Under the pieces are notes generated by a model. It saw nothing but the letters and a program-made list of their open reading frames with translations. It was not told the DNA's origin and ran no database searches. From NCBI GenBank assembly GCA_965248735.1, contig OZ252146.1, positions 2,276,154 to 2,340,153 on the forward strand: a DNA stretch of 64,000 bases. The letters are read 5' to 3'. Source of the DNA: Candidatus Aldehydirespirator sp. GTDB taxonomy: Bacteria; Actinomycetota; Acidimicrobiia; Acidimicrobiales; Aldehydirespiratoraceae. Below, in pieces: positions 12,067 through 22,393 of the stretch. Every line of letters starts with the position of its first letter. Positions within the stretch are counted from its first letter, which is position 1. The position numbers and the translations under genes are program-made.

Positions 12067-12468
12067 GTGGCCGCCAGCGGCACCACCCTCACCACCCTCA
12101 CCGGCATCAGCGACGTGCTCGCCGCCAAGATCCTCGGCCACATCGGCGACATCGGACGCTTCCCCAGCGCCGACCGCCTCGCCAGCTACGCCGGCACCGC
12201 ACCCATCGAAGCCAGCAGCGGCGACGTCGTCCGCCACCGACTGTCCCGACACGGCAACCGCCAGCTCAACAACGCCATCCACCTCGCCGCGCACGTCCAA
12301 ACCATCCGCCCAGGCCCCGGACGCGACTACTACCAACGGCGACTCAACACCGGCAACAGCCGCACCGAAGCCCTCCGATGCCTCAAACGACAACTCACCA
12401 AGAGCATCTACCGCACCCTCACCGCCGACGCCGCCCTCACCCCCCACAACGCCCCCGACTTGACATAG
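12067..12468 (+). pseudogene. IS110-family transposase, C-terminal fragment only
   Basis: 'LTGISDVLAAKILGHIGDIGRFPSADRLASYAGTAPIEASSGDVVRHRLSRHGNRQLNNAIH' is the IS116/IS110/IS902 C-terminal domain. The N-terminal DEDD domain is absent. Confidence 0.8.
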
Positions 12469-12473
12469 AGGCG

Positions 12474-13331
12474 CTATAAGGTCACGCCCACCCCGGCCGG
12501 GCCGGTGCGTGCCCCGCCGACCAGGAACAGGCCGACAGATCCAGGGCAAGGCACGAAGCCGATCCCACGTCGGGTCAGACCCGCCCCAGCCGGTGAGGCC
12601 CCACCAGTATGAGTGTCCCACGTCAGGGTCTTGGCCATGTGCGCGGGCACCCGAGCGAACGCAGACGCGACCGCGGCGGCCACTTGGTGCGCGCTGTAGC
12701 CGCTGCTGAGGTCGCCGAGCAGCGTCTGGCGGGTGACGCGCTCGACGAGGGTCACCACCGCGGAGCGGTTGTGCTCACCGATGATCAAGTCGCCCTCCCA
12801 GTGCCCGGCCTCGCTGCGCTCTGAGGCTGCCACGGGCCGCTCGCTGAGGGGCCGGATGTCGCCCAGGGGCCCGCGTTTGGCCTGTTCGCAGCGGCCTCGG
12901 GGCTTGCGGCGGCGCCTGCGGCGCGCCAGACGGCGCCAGGCCCCCGCCTCCAGACCCCGACGGCCTCGGGGGTCGTAGCACGCCGCGTAGATCGTCTCCG
13001 CGCACACCCGCCGCTCAGCGCAGCGGCCCTCGGTGCGCCATTGCGCGGCGACAGCATGCGGCGACCAGCCCATCGCCAGCATCTCAGCGGCCTCTTTGGC
13101 CAGCTCGGGATCCGCGGCCAGCTTGGACGCCCTCGGCCGCGCCGCCCGGGCGTCCGCGGCCGCCTGAGCGCCCACAGCGCAATAGCGGCTCCGCCCGCCG
13201 CCGCGGGCCAACTCGCGGCGCACCGTCGACGCGCACCGGCCCAGCGCCCGCCCGATCCGCTCAGCGCTGAGCCCCTCAATCGCCAAGGCCTCGAGCGCGG
13301 CGCGCTCCTCAGCCGAAAGCCTCCGTGCCAT
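12474..13331 (-). pseudogene. IS30-family transposase, 3'-truncated copy (copy 1)
   Basis: N-terminal 240 aa are collinear with the intact copy at 23557-24540 ('MARRLSAEERAALEALAIEGLSAERIGRALG...GHWEGDLIIG...'). Similarity is lost after 'MAKTLTWD', so most of the DDE domain is missing. The right IS end is near 13409. Confidence 0.8.
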
Positions 13332-13409
13332 ACTGGACACCTCCACCGGTCTGGTTGCTTCGTGGACACAGCCATCATGGCTGACGAGCAACCACCGGTG
13401 GAGCTTTCC

Positions 13410-13835
13410 AACCCTTACAGCGATCACTATTCTATGCCGCTCTCTGGCACATTCTCAGCCAACCCCGTAACTCTCACCGCTGGTCTGACTGCTATGGAAC
13501 TGTTTGATCGCGATCAGGTGCAGCGGATCAATCAACTCGGTGTACTTGCGCGGGATGGCATTCGCCAAGTCATAGAGAGTCGAGGAGTGCCCGCAAGCGT
13601 CACAGGTGCCGGTTCACTATTCCGAATCCACATGAAGCCGATAGCCCCGCGAAACTATCGTGAGACTTATCCTACACCTGAGCAGTCAGCCCGTCTGAGG
13701 AGACTCGTAGACAGTCTCCTCAACTTAGGAGTCCTCGTAACCCACAACTGTACAGGAGCTATTTCTACAGCCATGAGCGAAGCAGAGATTGAACATCTCA
13801 TCAACGTCATCGATTCTGCTATCCCTGAGATATAG
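13410..13835 (+). pseudogene. Class-III aminotransferase (glutamate-1-semialdehyde aminomutase-like), C-terminal fragment
   Basis: 'LSGTFSANPVTLTAGLTAMELF...VTGAGSLFRIHM...MSEAEIEHLINVIDSAI' is the C-terminal third of a class-III aminotransferase. It has no N-terminus, abuts the IS30 end, and is visibly lower in G+C. Confidence 0.6.
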
Positions 13836-14187
13836 AAGAGGTGACGAACATTGCAGGATAGTCGGACTGTGGACATACCGAGTCATGAGCCGCTCGACTC
13901 GCTTGTGGTTCACACGAACGTCCCGAGCCGTGGCCGTTCGGCGCCGCGATGATTGGGCACTGGTGATCCGGCGGCGGGCAAACTAGAGGTGGGAGCGGCC
14001 CTGACGGAGGCGATCTCCCGCTGGCCGGCTTGGCCTCGCGGGCAAGCACCACCGCCTCGCTGGCAAGGACCACCCGCGACAGGACGAGCCGCTGTCGGCG
14101 ACGCTAGGTGGTCCGCGCTCGAAGCGACCCTCTGTAGCCTTGTTGGGTGCGCGACAAGCAAGACCGGCCTGCGGGTAGGAGTATGCG

Positions 14188-16035
14188 TTGACAGACGAAG
14201 TTCTAGGAGACGAGCAGCCCGCCAGCGCTGACGGCGAACTCCTCCGCATCCGACACAGCGCCGCCCATGTCATGGCACAGGCCGTGCGTGACGTCTTCGG
14301 CGGGGATGCAGTGAAGTTGGGCATTGGCCCCGCCACTTCCGACGGGTTCTACTATGACTTCGAGCTGCCGCGCCCTGTTTCCGATGACGATCTGCCTCAG
14401 ATCGAGGAGCGCATGCGCGACATCATCTCGAGGGATGAAGCGTTCGTCGAGCAGGAGATCTCCGCGGCTGACATGCGAGACATGTTCGCCGACCAGCCAT
14501 ACAAGCTCGAACTAATCGACGGGATCCTGTCGTCGGGTCTGGACGATAACGGCGAGCCCATGCCGGAGGGTCAGTCGCCCCGTCTCACCATCTATCGGAA
14601 CGGAGCCTTCGCCGACCTCTGCCGCGGGCCCCACGTTGCTTCGACGGGGACGATCGATCCTGCTGCGGTCAAGCTCCTTAGCGTCGCCGGCGCCTACTGG
14701 AGGGGTGACGAGAAGCGCCCGATGATGCAGCGGCTGTACGGGACGGCTTGGAAGACACGCGAGGAACTCGAACAGTTCCTGTGGCGTCGAGCCGAGGCGG
14801 AGCGACGAGATCACCGACGGCTCGGCAAGGAGCTTGAGCTCTTCCACTTGGAGCCAACGGCCCCCGGCATGCCCTACTGGTTGCCGAACGGACTCAAGCT
14901 CGTCAACGTGCTACTGGACTTCTGGCGCGACGAGCACGAGCGTCGAGGCTACGAAGAGATCTCCGCGCCGCTCGTCAACGAGAAATCACTCTGGATCACA
15001 TCAGGGCACTGGGACCACTATCGCGACGACATGTTCATAATCCCAGTGTCCGAGCACCAGACCTACGGGCTGAAGCCGATGAACTGCCCGAACGCGATGA
15101 TCATCTTCAAACTGAAGACTCGGAGCTACCGGGACCTTCCCTACCGCCTGTCGGACTGCGACGTGCTTCACCGCAACGAGCGGTCCGGGACGTTGCACGG
15201 GCTCCTTCGCGTCCAGCGGTTCATGCAGGATGATGCCCACATCTTTTGCGAGGAAGGTCAGATCGAGGAGGTCTACCGAGACATATTTGATATCTGCGAC
15301 CGCTTCTACCACGTCTTCGGACTCGACTACCGTCTCCGACTCGGCACCCGGCCCGATGACTCGGTGGGCGACGACGAAAGCTGGGAGCGGGCGGAGGCCA
15401 CCCTCATCTCGATCCTTGAAGACCGCGTCGGCAAGGGTCGGTACCTGGTCGAGGAAGGAGGCGGTGCATTCTACGGGCCCAAGATAGACATAATGATGGA
15501 CGACGCCCTGGGCCGATCATGGCAAATGGGCACGATCCAGCTCGACTTCCAACTTCCTCGGCGATTCGACTGCACCTATGTCGACCGAGACGGGCAGAAG
15601 AAGCACCCGGTTGTTGTCCACCGGGTGATCTACGGGTCGATCGAGCGGTTCATCGGCATCCTCATCGAGCACACCGCCGGCTCATTCCCCCTTTGGTTGT
15701 CGCCTATCCAGGTGACGATTGTTCCCGTGCGATCCGAGTTCCTCGGCTACGGCAAGGATCTGGCCGAGCGCTTGCGCTCTGCGAGGATTCGCGCTTCTGT
15801 CCTTGACGAGGAGGGCTCGCTGCGGGCAAAGGTAAGGAAGGCGCAAGTCGGGCATGTGCCGGTCGTGCTGATCGTCGGTGGACGAGAGGAGTCGGAGCAG
15901 ACCGCCAGCGTCAGGATACGGGGCGTGGGCGAAGTCGGCAGCGTCGACGTCGTAAAGCTGATCGATGTCCTCGGCGACGAGATCTCCGCTCGCTCACTCG
16001 GCCTCGACGGACTCGAGGCGTCGTTGCGCACCTGA
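14188..16035 (+). CDS. thrS: Threonyl-tRNA synthetase lacking the N-terminal TGS domain (possible accessory copy)
   Basis: Editing-domain motifs 'RHSAAHVMAQAV' and 'LCRGPHV'. Class-II core 'DHRRLGKELELF', 'MNCPNAM', 'HRNERSGTLHGLLRVQRFMQDDAHIFC'. Anticodon-binding domain 'FPLWLSPIQVTIVPV'. The HxxxH motif lies about 25 aa from the start, whereas it is about 70 aa in for E. coli ThrRS. Confidence 0.85.
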   Translation: MTDEVLGDEQPASADGELLRIRHSAAHVMAQAVRDVFGGDAVKLGIGPATSDGFYYDFELPRPVSDDDLPQIEERMRDIISRDEAFVEQEISAADMRDMFADQPYKLELIDGILSSGLDDNGEPMPEGQSPRLTIYRNGAFADLCRGPHVASTGTIDPAAVKLLSVAGAYWRGDEKRPMMQRLYGTAWKTREELEQFLWRRAEAERRDHRRLGKELELFHLEPTAPGMPYWLPNGLKLVNVLLDFWRDEHERRGYEEISAPLVNEKSLWITSGHWDHYRDDMFIIPVSEHQTYGLKPMNCPNAMIIFKLKTRSYRDLPYRLSDCDVLHRNERSGTLHGLLRVQRFMQDDAHIFCEEGQIEEVYRDIFDICDRFYHVFGLDYRLRLGTRPDDSVGDDESWERAEATLISILEDRVGKGRYLVEEGGGAFYGPKIDIMMDDALGRSWQMGTIQLDFQLPRRFDCTYVDRDGQKKHPVVVHRVIYGSIERFIGILIEHTAGSFPLWLSPIQVTIVPVRSEFLGYGKDLAERLRSARIRASVLDEEGSLRAKVRKAQVGHVPVVLIVGGREESEQTASVRIRGVGEVGSVDVVKLIDVLGDEISARSLGLDGLEASLRT

Positions 16036-16048
16036 ACTGCCAGTGGTG

Positions 16049-16885
16049 TCAGGCGATGCCCACCGGAGGCTCGGCTGACGGGAGGGCTTCGTCGTAGACC
16101 TTGGCGGCGATCGTCGAAACGAGGGCCGCGCAGCGGCCAAGAAACTCCGCAACCCTAGGAGCGTCCGGGGGGTCCGGGGCCCAGGCAAGCGCCTGCTTCG
16201 CGATCTCCGAGAACTCGGGAAGGGCCTCGGCTATGTTGGCCGCGCAACCTCGTAGCTCAGCCTGGTAGACCCCGTGGCGGGCCATCACGAGCGCATGGAG
16301 CCCCCGCAGGACGGTGCGCATTGACCAGGTGCACCAGAACCGTGCGTCACGGGGTGTGTAGCCATAATCAGGGACAGGCTCAGTGGTGATAACCCGGCTC
16401 AGTCGGAGCAGCTCCTTCGGCAGATCCGGATACAGGGCCCGCGACAGCTTGGCGTCGGGACGATACCGCGGCAGCATCTGGGCGAGGCTCGCGCCGCGGA
16501 CGCAGACCGAGCACGTCGCCAGATTCACGCGCCGCTGCTCGCCGCTGGCATCTCCGAGGAGTTGGTCGAGAGAGAGCCACGCAATGTCGACCTCGGTCAC
16601 GACCGGATGGAGGAGATGGAGCCCCTCTGCCATCGCCTGCAACCGAGTCCGGTTCGGTGGGGTTCCCGACACCACGACGATGTCGGCGTCGGCGAACGGG
16701 GACATTGCCTTGCCCGAAGCTATGCTTCCCCGGACCATCACGGTGTCGCCGGGGCCGAGTTCACGCTTCAGTGCCTCCAAGGTGGCGTCCACGAGATCGG
16801 TGAAGGGTCGCACCATCAACGACCTGTGCCCTATGTTTACTAGCGTGCCCGAGTTGTCGACCGGGTGTGAGAGCAACGGCTTCAT
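16049..16885 (-). CDS. Nucleotidyltransferase-domain protein (AadA/ANT-like)
   Basis: 278 aa. Polymerase-beta-type NTase motif 'VMVRGSIASGKAMSPFADADIVVV' (GS-x10-DxD). Size and layout are similar to aminoglycoside adenylyltransferases. Substrate unknown. Confidence 0.5.
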   Translation of the reverse strand: MKPLLSHPVDNSGTLVNIGHRSLMVRPFTDLVDATLEALKRELGPGDTVMVRGSIASGKAMSPFADADIVVVSGTPPNRTRLQAMAEGLHLLHPVVTEVDIAWLSLDQLLGDASGEQRRVNLATCSVCVRGASLAQMLPRYRPDAKLSRALYPDLPKELLRLSRVITTEPVPDYGYTPRDARFWCTWSMRTVLRGLHALVMARHGVYQAELRGCAANIAEALPEFSEIAKQALAWAPDPPDAPRVAEFLGRCAALVSTIAAKVYDEALPSAEPPVGIA

Positions 16886-17263
16886 TTCCTGCTCGTTGAA
16901 GGGGATCGTGATGGAGGATCGCGCTGGAACCTATCTGAGGTGGGTCCGAGACTGCTCGGCCGGGTCAGGATCGGTGATCGAGGAGATTCTCCCCACCAAT
17001 GCCCGCCGATGGACCCCCGCGTTCGGAGCGGCGTGAAGTTGACGGCCGGCCACGAAGGCGGACGTTCGCTCTATCTGGCGTCCCGGCAGGGGGTCTCCGA
17101 TTGCGCAGCGCTGGACGTTCCGGGGTCGACGCTAGAGAGTCTGCTTGAACCATCAGGCTCCCGGAGCCAGCGGCGGGTCAGCGACCACCCGGCCCAACTC
17201 GGCCTACGGGCGCGGAGCCCGAGCCTTCCCGGTCACGCCTCGTGGGCGCCGTCCGGTGCGCTC

Positions 17264-18397
17264 ATGTTCCGGTTGATCGAAGCTTGGATGCGCAATGCCG
17301 CCCAGACGGTGCTCGGCGGCGAGGAAATCGTCACCCCGCTCGTAATCGACTGGGATCCCGGCGGGCGGATCCACGAACTGGCGGGGTTCTTCAACGATCG
17401 TCTCTTCCACCTAGAGGACCGTCGCCCGCAGGTCCTTCGCTACAGCGCAGATCCCGGCTTCCTGTCGATGCTGGCGGGGATGCCTCCAACCGACGAGACC
17501 GTCCGGTTGTGGGAGATCGGGCCGTTTCTGAGGAAGAGCCGACGCGGCGAACTGCGCGGGTCCGAGATCCTCCAAGCATTCACGATGCTGGACTACCACG
17601 CCATTAGTCCAAGCATCGGGGCCGCATCCGATGAGTTCTCAAGGATCCTTGCTGCTCAAGTCCAGCTTGCCGCGACGTGGACGGACGACCCGGCAGTGAA
17701 GCTAACCATTGTCGCGGGCTCGGAGAGCCTGGCGGACAAGCCGATCGCAGCGGCGGCAGAGCTATTGGCTGGTCCGGTCCTCGTCGAGGTCGTGCCCGAG
17801 GCGAAGCGGTACTGGAGGCTCCAGAGCTTCGTGTGCGCCCGGGGTCCCTATTCGCTGTTCAACATCCAGCTCGATGTGGAGAACGCGAAGCGCTTCTCCA
17901 TCGGAGTCCGGGACGGACGGCCGACACCGGGAATCGTCCACGCCAATCTCGCCTCGATCGAGCGTCTGATGCTGGTTGCATCATCGCACGCCCAGACCCT
18001 CGACAACCCGCAGTTCCCTCTGTGGCTGTCGCCGGTTCAAGTCCGATTGCTGCCCATCGACGAACAGCATCTTCGCTCGTGTGACCTCCTCGCAGCTTGG
18101 CTCGGCCGTGCCCCGCTTCGCTGCGATGTCGATGATCGGCCGGTCCCGCTTCGTCGTCGTCTCCGGCATGCCGACATTGAGTGGGTGCCCTTCACGGTCT
18201 GCATCGGACCAGCGGAGGCCGACCACGAGGGCGATTGGGGTGGGGCTCGACTGAAGGTTCGATCGCGTGACGGTGAGCTGACCGAGATGTCCGGCGCAGA
18301 GTTGCGGACGCTCATCTCCGAGCATGGTCAAGGGCTACCGTTCATCCCGCTCGGATACCGCAGAGTGGGGAGCCGAACGCCGCTGTCAGGGGCATAG
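17264..18397 (+). CDS. Divergent class-IIa aminoacyl-tRNA-synthetase-like protein (ThrRS-like catalytic core plus anticodon-binding-like domain, degenerate motif 2)
   Basis: Trimmed to 'MFRLIEAW'. C-terminal 'FPLWLSPVQVRLLPIDEQ' parallels the ThrRS 'FPLWLSPIQVTIVPV' encoded 1.3 kb upstream. The motif-2 region 'LRKSRRGELRGSEILQAFTMLDYHAIS' aligns to 'HRNERSGTLHGLLRVQRFMQDDAHIFC' but loses the RxE residues. Confidence 0.55.
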   Translation: MFRLIEAWMRNAAQTVLGGEEIVTPLVIDWDPGGRIHELAGFFNDRLFHLEDRRPQVLRYSADPGFLSMLAGMPPTDETVRLWEIGPFLRKSRRGELRGSEILQAFTMLDYHAISPSIGAASDEFSRILAAQVQLAATWTDDPAVKLTIVAGSESLADKPIAAAAELLAGPVLVEVVPEAKRYWRLQSFVCARGPYSLFNIQLDVENAKRFSIGVRDGRPTPGIVHANLASIERLMLVASSHAQTLDNPQFPLWLSPVQVRLLPIDEQHLRSCDLLAAWLGRAPLRCDVDDRPVPLRRRLRHADIEWVPFTVCIGPAEADHEGDWGGARLKVRSRDGELTEMSGAELRTLISEHGQGLPFIPLGYRRVGSRTPLSGA

Positions 18398-18544
18398 AGG
18401 CCGAGCGAACGGGCCGCATTATTCCCACGGGGGCACTGCCGGCGCTGAGCGAGGCCGTGGCCCGAGCGGCCCGTGACAGCAGCGAACAAGAGCGGGAGAC
18501 ACGACGCTTCTCGGCGAGGCGGTGTCAAGCTATCTGCGCTCGCT

Positions 18545-20140
18545 TTAGGACGAGTGCTGTCGGTGGGGCGTCAGCACCCGTGATCGACTCATTCGGTAGT
18601 GTTCGGATAGCGCGCCCGTCGATGCGACCACGAGCAGTGCGATGATCAGAACGACGAACGTCGCCGCCCACAACTCATCGAACCTGAGTTGCGCGGCCGA
18701 TGTCGCGAGGAGGGCCCCGAGCCCATCGCCGGTGGCCAGCCACTCAGCGAAGACAGCGCCCGAGGCCGCGAAGGGCCCCGCGATTCTGAGGCCGTCACAG
18801 AGCCCGACGACGCAGGAGGGGATCACGAGGAACAGCAGCCGGCGAATCCGTGAACAGCCGCCGACATTGGCCAGATCATGAAGTGCAGGGGGAATCCCCT
18901 CTAGCTCGCGCAACAAGACGAGGTGCAGTGGCAGGAACGTGGTGATGACGATGACGGTCGTTTCCAAGGCGAGACCTCGGCCCGCGAGCGATACGGCGAG
19001 CGGCACTAGGAGCAGCAGTGGGGTCGCTCTGGCGGCTGAGGCGACAAGGAGCACCGAGCGTTTCAAGGTAGGCACGGCGGCGGAGATCACAGCCGTGGCC
19101 GACGCGACCAGTAGGACGACTGCCATGCCGATGATCACTCGAACGAGTGTCGTCGCCGTGGCATCGATCACGTTTGATCGGAGTTCGCGGTCGGCGACCG
19201 CGGCTCGGAACACGCTGGCAGGCGAGCGGACGACAAGAGAGTCGCCGACCGGGAGCGTGACCGCAGCCCAGACGATCAGCAGAATCCCCGCGGAGAGGAC
19301 AACGGATCCGGGATTGGCCCGCATCGGCTCGTCGTCGCGGCGACCTTCGATCGGACCGCTCGCATCAATTGTGAGGCTGCCCACAGGCAATTGTCGCCGG
19401 AGGAGCGCTGCCACGCTGGCGGCGCCTAGGACGTACAGTGCGCAGTATCCCGCAACCGACCATGTCAGAAGAATCCGGGAACTCGTCTGATAGTTCAGGA
19501 CAAGGACACCGAGTCCCCGGTCCGAGCCGAGAAAGTCTGCGACCAGAGCGCCCAAGAGGCCAGCGGGCACTGCGACTCGTGAGGCGTCGAGCGCGGCGGA
19601 CACCAAATGCGGGAGTTCCAGATACCAGAACACCCGCCAGCGTCGTCCTCCGGAGACTCGGTCGAGCAGGGCCTCCCACTCCCGGTTGCGTTCCGCCGCC
19701 GCCATGATCGCCGCGGCCGCAACGAAGGTCGTGGAGACGGCTGCAAGGAGGATGCGACTGGTGGCCAATGAGAACGTGGACCCGAGTACTGGGCCGAGCA
19801 AGACGAATGGCATCGCCTCCAGGCACGCGAGCAGCGGCCGAGCAGATGATGAGGTCCCGATGAGAGCTGAGCCGATGCCGATCAGGGCGCCTAGACCAAT
19901 CCCAATCGCAGTCCCAGCGAGCGCGCCCGCCATGGTCGGCGGCGCGTGGTGAGCTACGAGCGGCCACGATTCAGCCATCGCGATGGCGAGGTCCCAAGGG
20001 AGCGGCAGCCGGTGACCGTCGACGAGGTTCGCCAGGAGCATCCATGTCGCGAGAACAAGCAGGAGGGCCCGCGTTACCTCCCAGTGCTTCTCGCTCGTCG
20101 GCCGCGACTTCACAACTAACCCGTGAAGCCGAGAAGACAC
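18545..20140 (-). CDS. ABC transporter permease, fused double-domain (NitT/TauT-type)
   Basis: 531-aa polytopic membrane protein, about twice the size of a single BPD-type permease. Overlaps the upstream ATPase gene. Confidence 0.7.
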   Translation of the reverse strand: MSSRLHGLVVKSRPTSEKHWEVTRALLLVLATWMLLANLVDGHRLPLPWDLAIAMAESWPLVAHHAPPTMAGALAGTAIGIGLGALIGIGSALIGTSSSARPLLACLEAMPFVLLGPVLGSTFSLATSRILLAAVSTTFVAAAAIMAAAERNREWEALLDRVSGGRRWRVFWYLELPHLVSAALDASRVAVPAGLLGALVADFLGSDRGLGVLVLNYQTSSRILLTWSVAGYCALYVLGAASVAALLRRQLPVGSLTIDASGPIEGRRDDEPMRANPGSVVLSAGILLIVWAAVTLPVGDSLVVRSPASVFRAAVADRELRSNVIDATATTLVRVIIGMAVVLLVASATAVISAAVPTLKRSVLLVASAARATPLLLLVPLAVSLAGRGLALETTVIVITTFLPLHLVLLRELEGIPPALHDLANVGGCSRIRRLLFLVIPSCVVGLCDGLRIAGPFAASGAVFAEWLATGDGLGALLATSAAQLRFDELWAATFVVLIIALLVVASTGALSEHYRMSRSRVLTPHRQHSS

Positions 20141-20877
20141 TGGCGCACCCGGTTACATGCTTCGTGGAAGCCACCTTGGGTCAGTGTGCTCAAAGTGCGC
20201 GGCCGATCCAGGTCTGTGTTCACCTCCGTGTACCTGCATGCGTCGTCGCCATGGAGCACGAGGATCCGATCAGCCATGAGCACAGCTTCAGTCACGGCGT
20301 GGGTCACCATGATCGTCGTGGTGCCTTCAGTCCAGGTCTCCATCTCCGCGGCTAGAGCTAGTCGCCTGAACTCATCGAGCCACGCAAACGGTTCGTCGAG
20401 GAGCAGCAGTTGCGGTTCACCCACCAAGGCCCGAGCCACCGCAACCCTCTGACGCATGCCGCCCGAGAGCTCTGCGGGCAGCCGACGGCCGATGGTTTGG
20501 AGGCCGACTAGTTCGAGCAGCCTTCGAGCACGTTCACGGTCGAAGCCGTTGACCCGTCGCCGGAGGCGGATCGGCAAGAGCACATTGTCTAGAGCTGACT
20601 TCCAGGGGACGAGCGTCGGATCTTGAAAGGCCATGCCGATCTTGCCGGAACGGGCGACCTCGACTGGATCCTGCCCCGAAAGGAGGATGCGGCCCTCCAG
20701 CGGTTCGTGCAGTCCCGCAAGCGCCCGAAGCAACGTCGACTTCCCGACGCCCGACGGCCCGACGACCGCAATCTTGGCTCCCTGGGCGGCTCGAAACGTC
20801 AGGCGGCGCACTAGCGTGGTCTCGCCGTATCCAAGGGACACGGCTTGAATGTCGACCGTCGGTGAGCGACGCGACAT
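20116..20877 (-). CDS. ABC transporter ATP-binding protein (NitT/TauT-type)
   Basis: Walker A 'GPSGVGKST', signature 'LSGGMRQRVAVARAL', Walker B 'LLLLDEPFAWLD'. Confidence 0.85.
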   Translation of the reverse strand: MSRRSPTVDIQAVSLGYGETTLVRRLTFRAAQGAKIAVVGPSGVGKSTLLRALAGLHEPLEGRILLSGQDPVEVARSGKIGMAFQDPTLVPWKSALDNVLLPIRLRRRVNGFDRERARRLLELVGLQTIGRRLPAELSGGMRQRVAVARALVGEPQLLLLDEPFAWLDEFRRLALAAEMETWTEGTTTIMVTHAVTEAVLMADRILVLHGDDACRYTEVNTDLDRPRTLSTLTQGGFHEACNRVRQCLLGFTG

Positions 20878-20884
20878 GCCGATC

Positions 20885-21916
20885 CTAGATTGATTCGAGC
20901 ACGCTTGTATCGAATAGACTTGGGTCCGCCGCTATTCCAAGAACATCCAGTGTTTGGAGATTGCTCACGATGGCATCTTCGGACATCGAAAAGAGTCCGA
21001 ACTCGTCCGTTACCGGTGACACAATCAGTTCTGCCTGGTCGTGGGCCTCCAGTTTCTGAGTCTCCGGGTCGAGCCCCTCGTTGGCTGCATAGATGTCGAT
21101 TGTGGCCGCCACCGCGGCGTCGGGATCGCCGATGGCGTCTATCCAACCGCGTCGTTCTGCTCGCATGAACCCCCTGATCGCACCGCGTCGAGTGTCTAGA
21201 TCCTGTTCCCGCGCAATATAGACATTCTCGAATAGGTCGAAGCCGAAGTCAGCCAGAAGCATCGTTACTGGAGAAGCTCCCTGCGATCGCAGGATATTGG
21301 GCTGCGCCGTGAAATAGCCTAACAGGGCATCTACGTCGCCAGTAGTTAGAGGCTCGACATCGAACTGGATGGGGACTTTCGTCAGGTCAGCCTCGGTGAG
21401 TCCGTTGATGACGAGGAACGAGGTAAACGCGAGATCGTTCGTCGGGGATACACCAACTACGAGTCCTCTCAAGTCGTCTGGTGTGCGCACCGGCCGGTCC
21501 TCAAGCGAGACAATTGTGAACGGGTTCTTCTGGAAACGGGCGCCGATGATCCGAAGATCCGCACCCTGCGCTGCAGCTGCCGCTGTAACGTCCGTCGAAG
21601 CCATGCCCACAAGCGCGTCGCCCTCAGCGACGATGGCGGGAACGAGAACACTCGGCCCGCCGGGTCGCAGAGACACGCTGAGGCCCTCCTCGGCGAAGTA
21701 GCCGCGTTGATCGGCGAGGTAGGTGCCAGCGAAGCTAACGGTCTTGAGCCAAGACAGCTGCACCTTGATTGCCTGAAGGTCTTCTGCGCTTGGCGCGGTA
21801 TCGGAGTCGCCGGAGCAGGCGGCGAGTGTTGCACCGACAGCGGTTGCCGCGGTGCTGCCTGCCAGCAAGGCGAGAAGCCGCCGCCGGGTCAGAGTGTGTT
21901 GGTGCACGGTACTCAA
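20885..21916 (-). CDS. ABC transporter substrate-binding lipoprotein (NMT1/THI5/SsuA-like) with Tat-type signal
   Basis: 'TRRRLLALLAGSTAATAVGATLAAC' is a twin-arginine signal plus lipobox. Body resembles NMT1/SsuA-type binding proteins. First gene of the SBP-ATPase-permease operon. Confidence 0.7.
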   Translation of the reverse strand: MSTVHQHTLTRRRLLALLAGSTAATAVGATLAACSGDSDTAPSAEDLQAIKVQLSWLKTVSFAGTYLADQRGYFAEEGLSVSLRPGGPSVLVPAIVAEGDALVGMASTDVTAAAAAQGADLRIIGARFQKNPFTIVSLEDRPVRTPDDLRGLVVGVSPTNDLAFTSFLVINGLTEADLTKVPIQFDVEPLTTGDVDALLGYFTAQPNILRSQGASPVTMLLADFGFDLFENVYIAREQDLDTRRGAIRGFMRAERRGWIDAIGDPDAAVAATIDIYAANEGLDPETQKLEAHDQAELIVSPVTDEFGLFSMSEDAIVSNLQTLDVLGIAADPSLFDTSVLESI

Positions 21917-21942
21917 TCCTAGCGTTGCCCCGATCGCGCTAC

Positions 21943-22383
21943 GGATGGCCGGCTCACACTTCAGCGTTGTGCGGGGTGTGCGGTTGGTCGGAACTGCGAT
22001 GCCGTGCCCGGGCGCACCCGAATCCGAGATCGACGAGCACCATCAGGATCGTCACTGCGGTGAGTGCGAGGGTGTAGTCGCCGACGAGACGGTTCCCCCA
22101 GTCGACTTGCTCGCTGAACATGTCGCTGAGCATCACGACCACGACCATCCGATAAGCGATGCCGATCGAGTCCGAGATCGCGAACGCGGTCCACGACAGG
22201 CCCGCGGCTCCAGCTACGGCGCAAGGCACTACACCGCCGAAGAGCACGAGCGGCAGGCCCCGCGACTTGACCATGATGGACTCGGACCACGCGACCAGCC
22301 TCGTGCTGGCTGGAAACCACCGGCGCCCGCGGTCGAGCAGCTTGGGTCCGTGCAGTCGGCCCAGATGGAACGCTATGGGGTCG
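21943..22383. repeat. 441-bp direct repeat, copy 1 (contains a 3' fragment of the DedA/VTT-like gene)
   Basis: Near-identical (3 mismatches seen by eye) to 24651-25091. Encodes 'DPIAFHLGRLHGPKLLDR...' to the same stop as the full gene. Confidence 0.85.
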
Positions 22384-22393
22384 GCAACCACCA

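Noticed and set aside
11961-12479. 172-aa Pro/Arg/His-rich ORF
   Set aside because: Alternate frame of the IS110 C-terminal fragment (12067-12468), which has a clear family signature.
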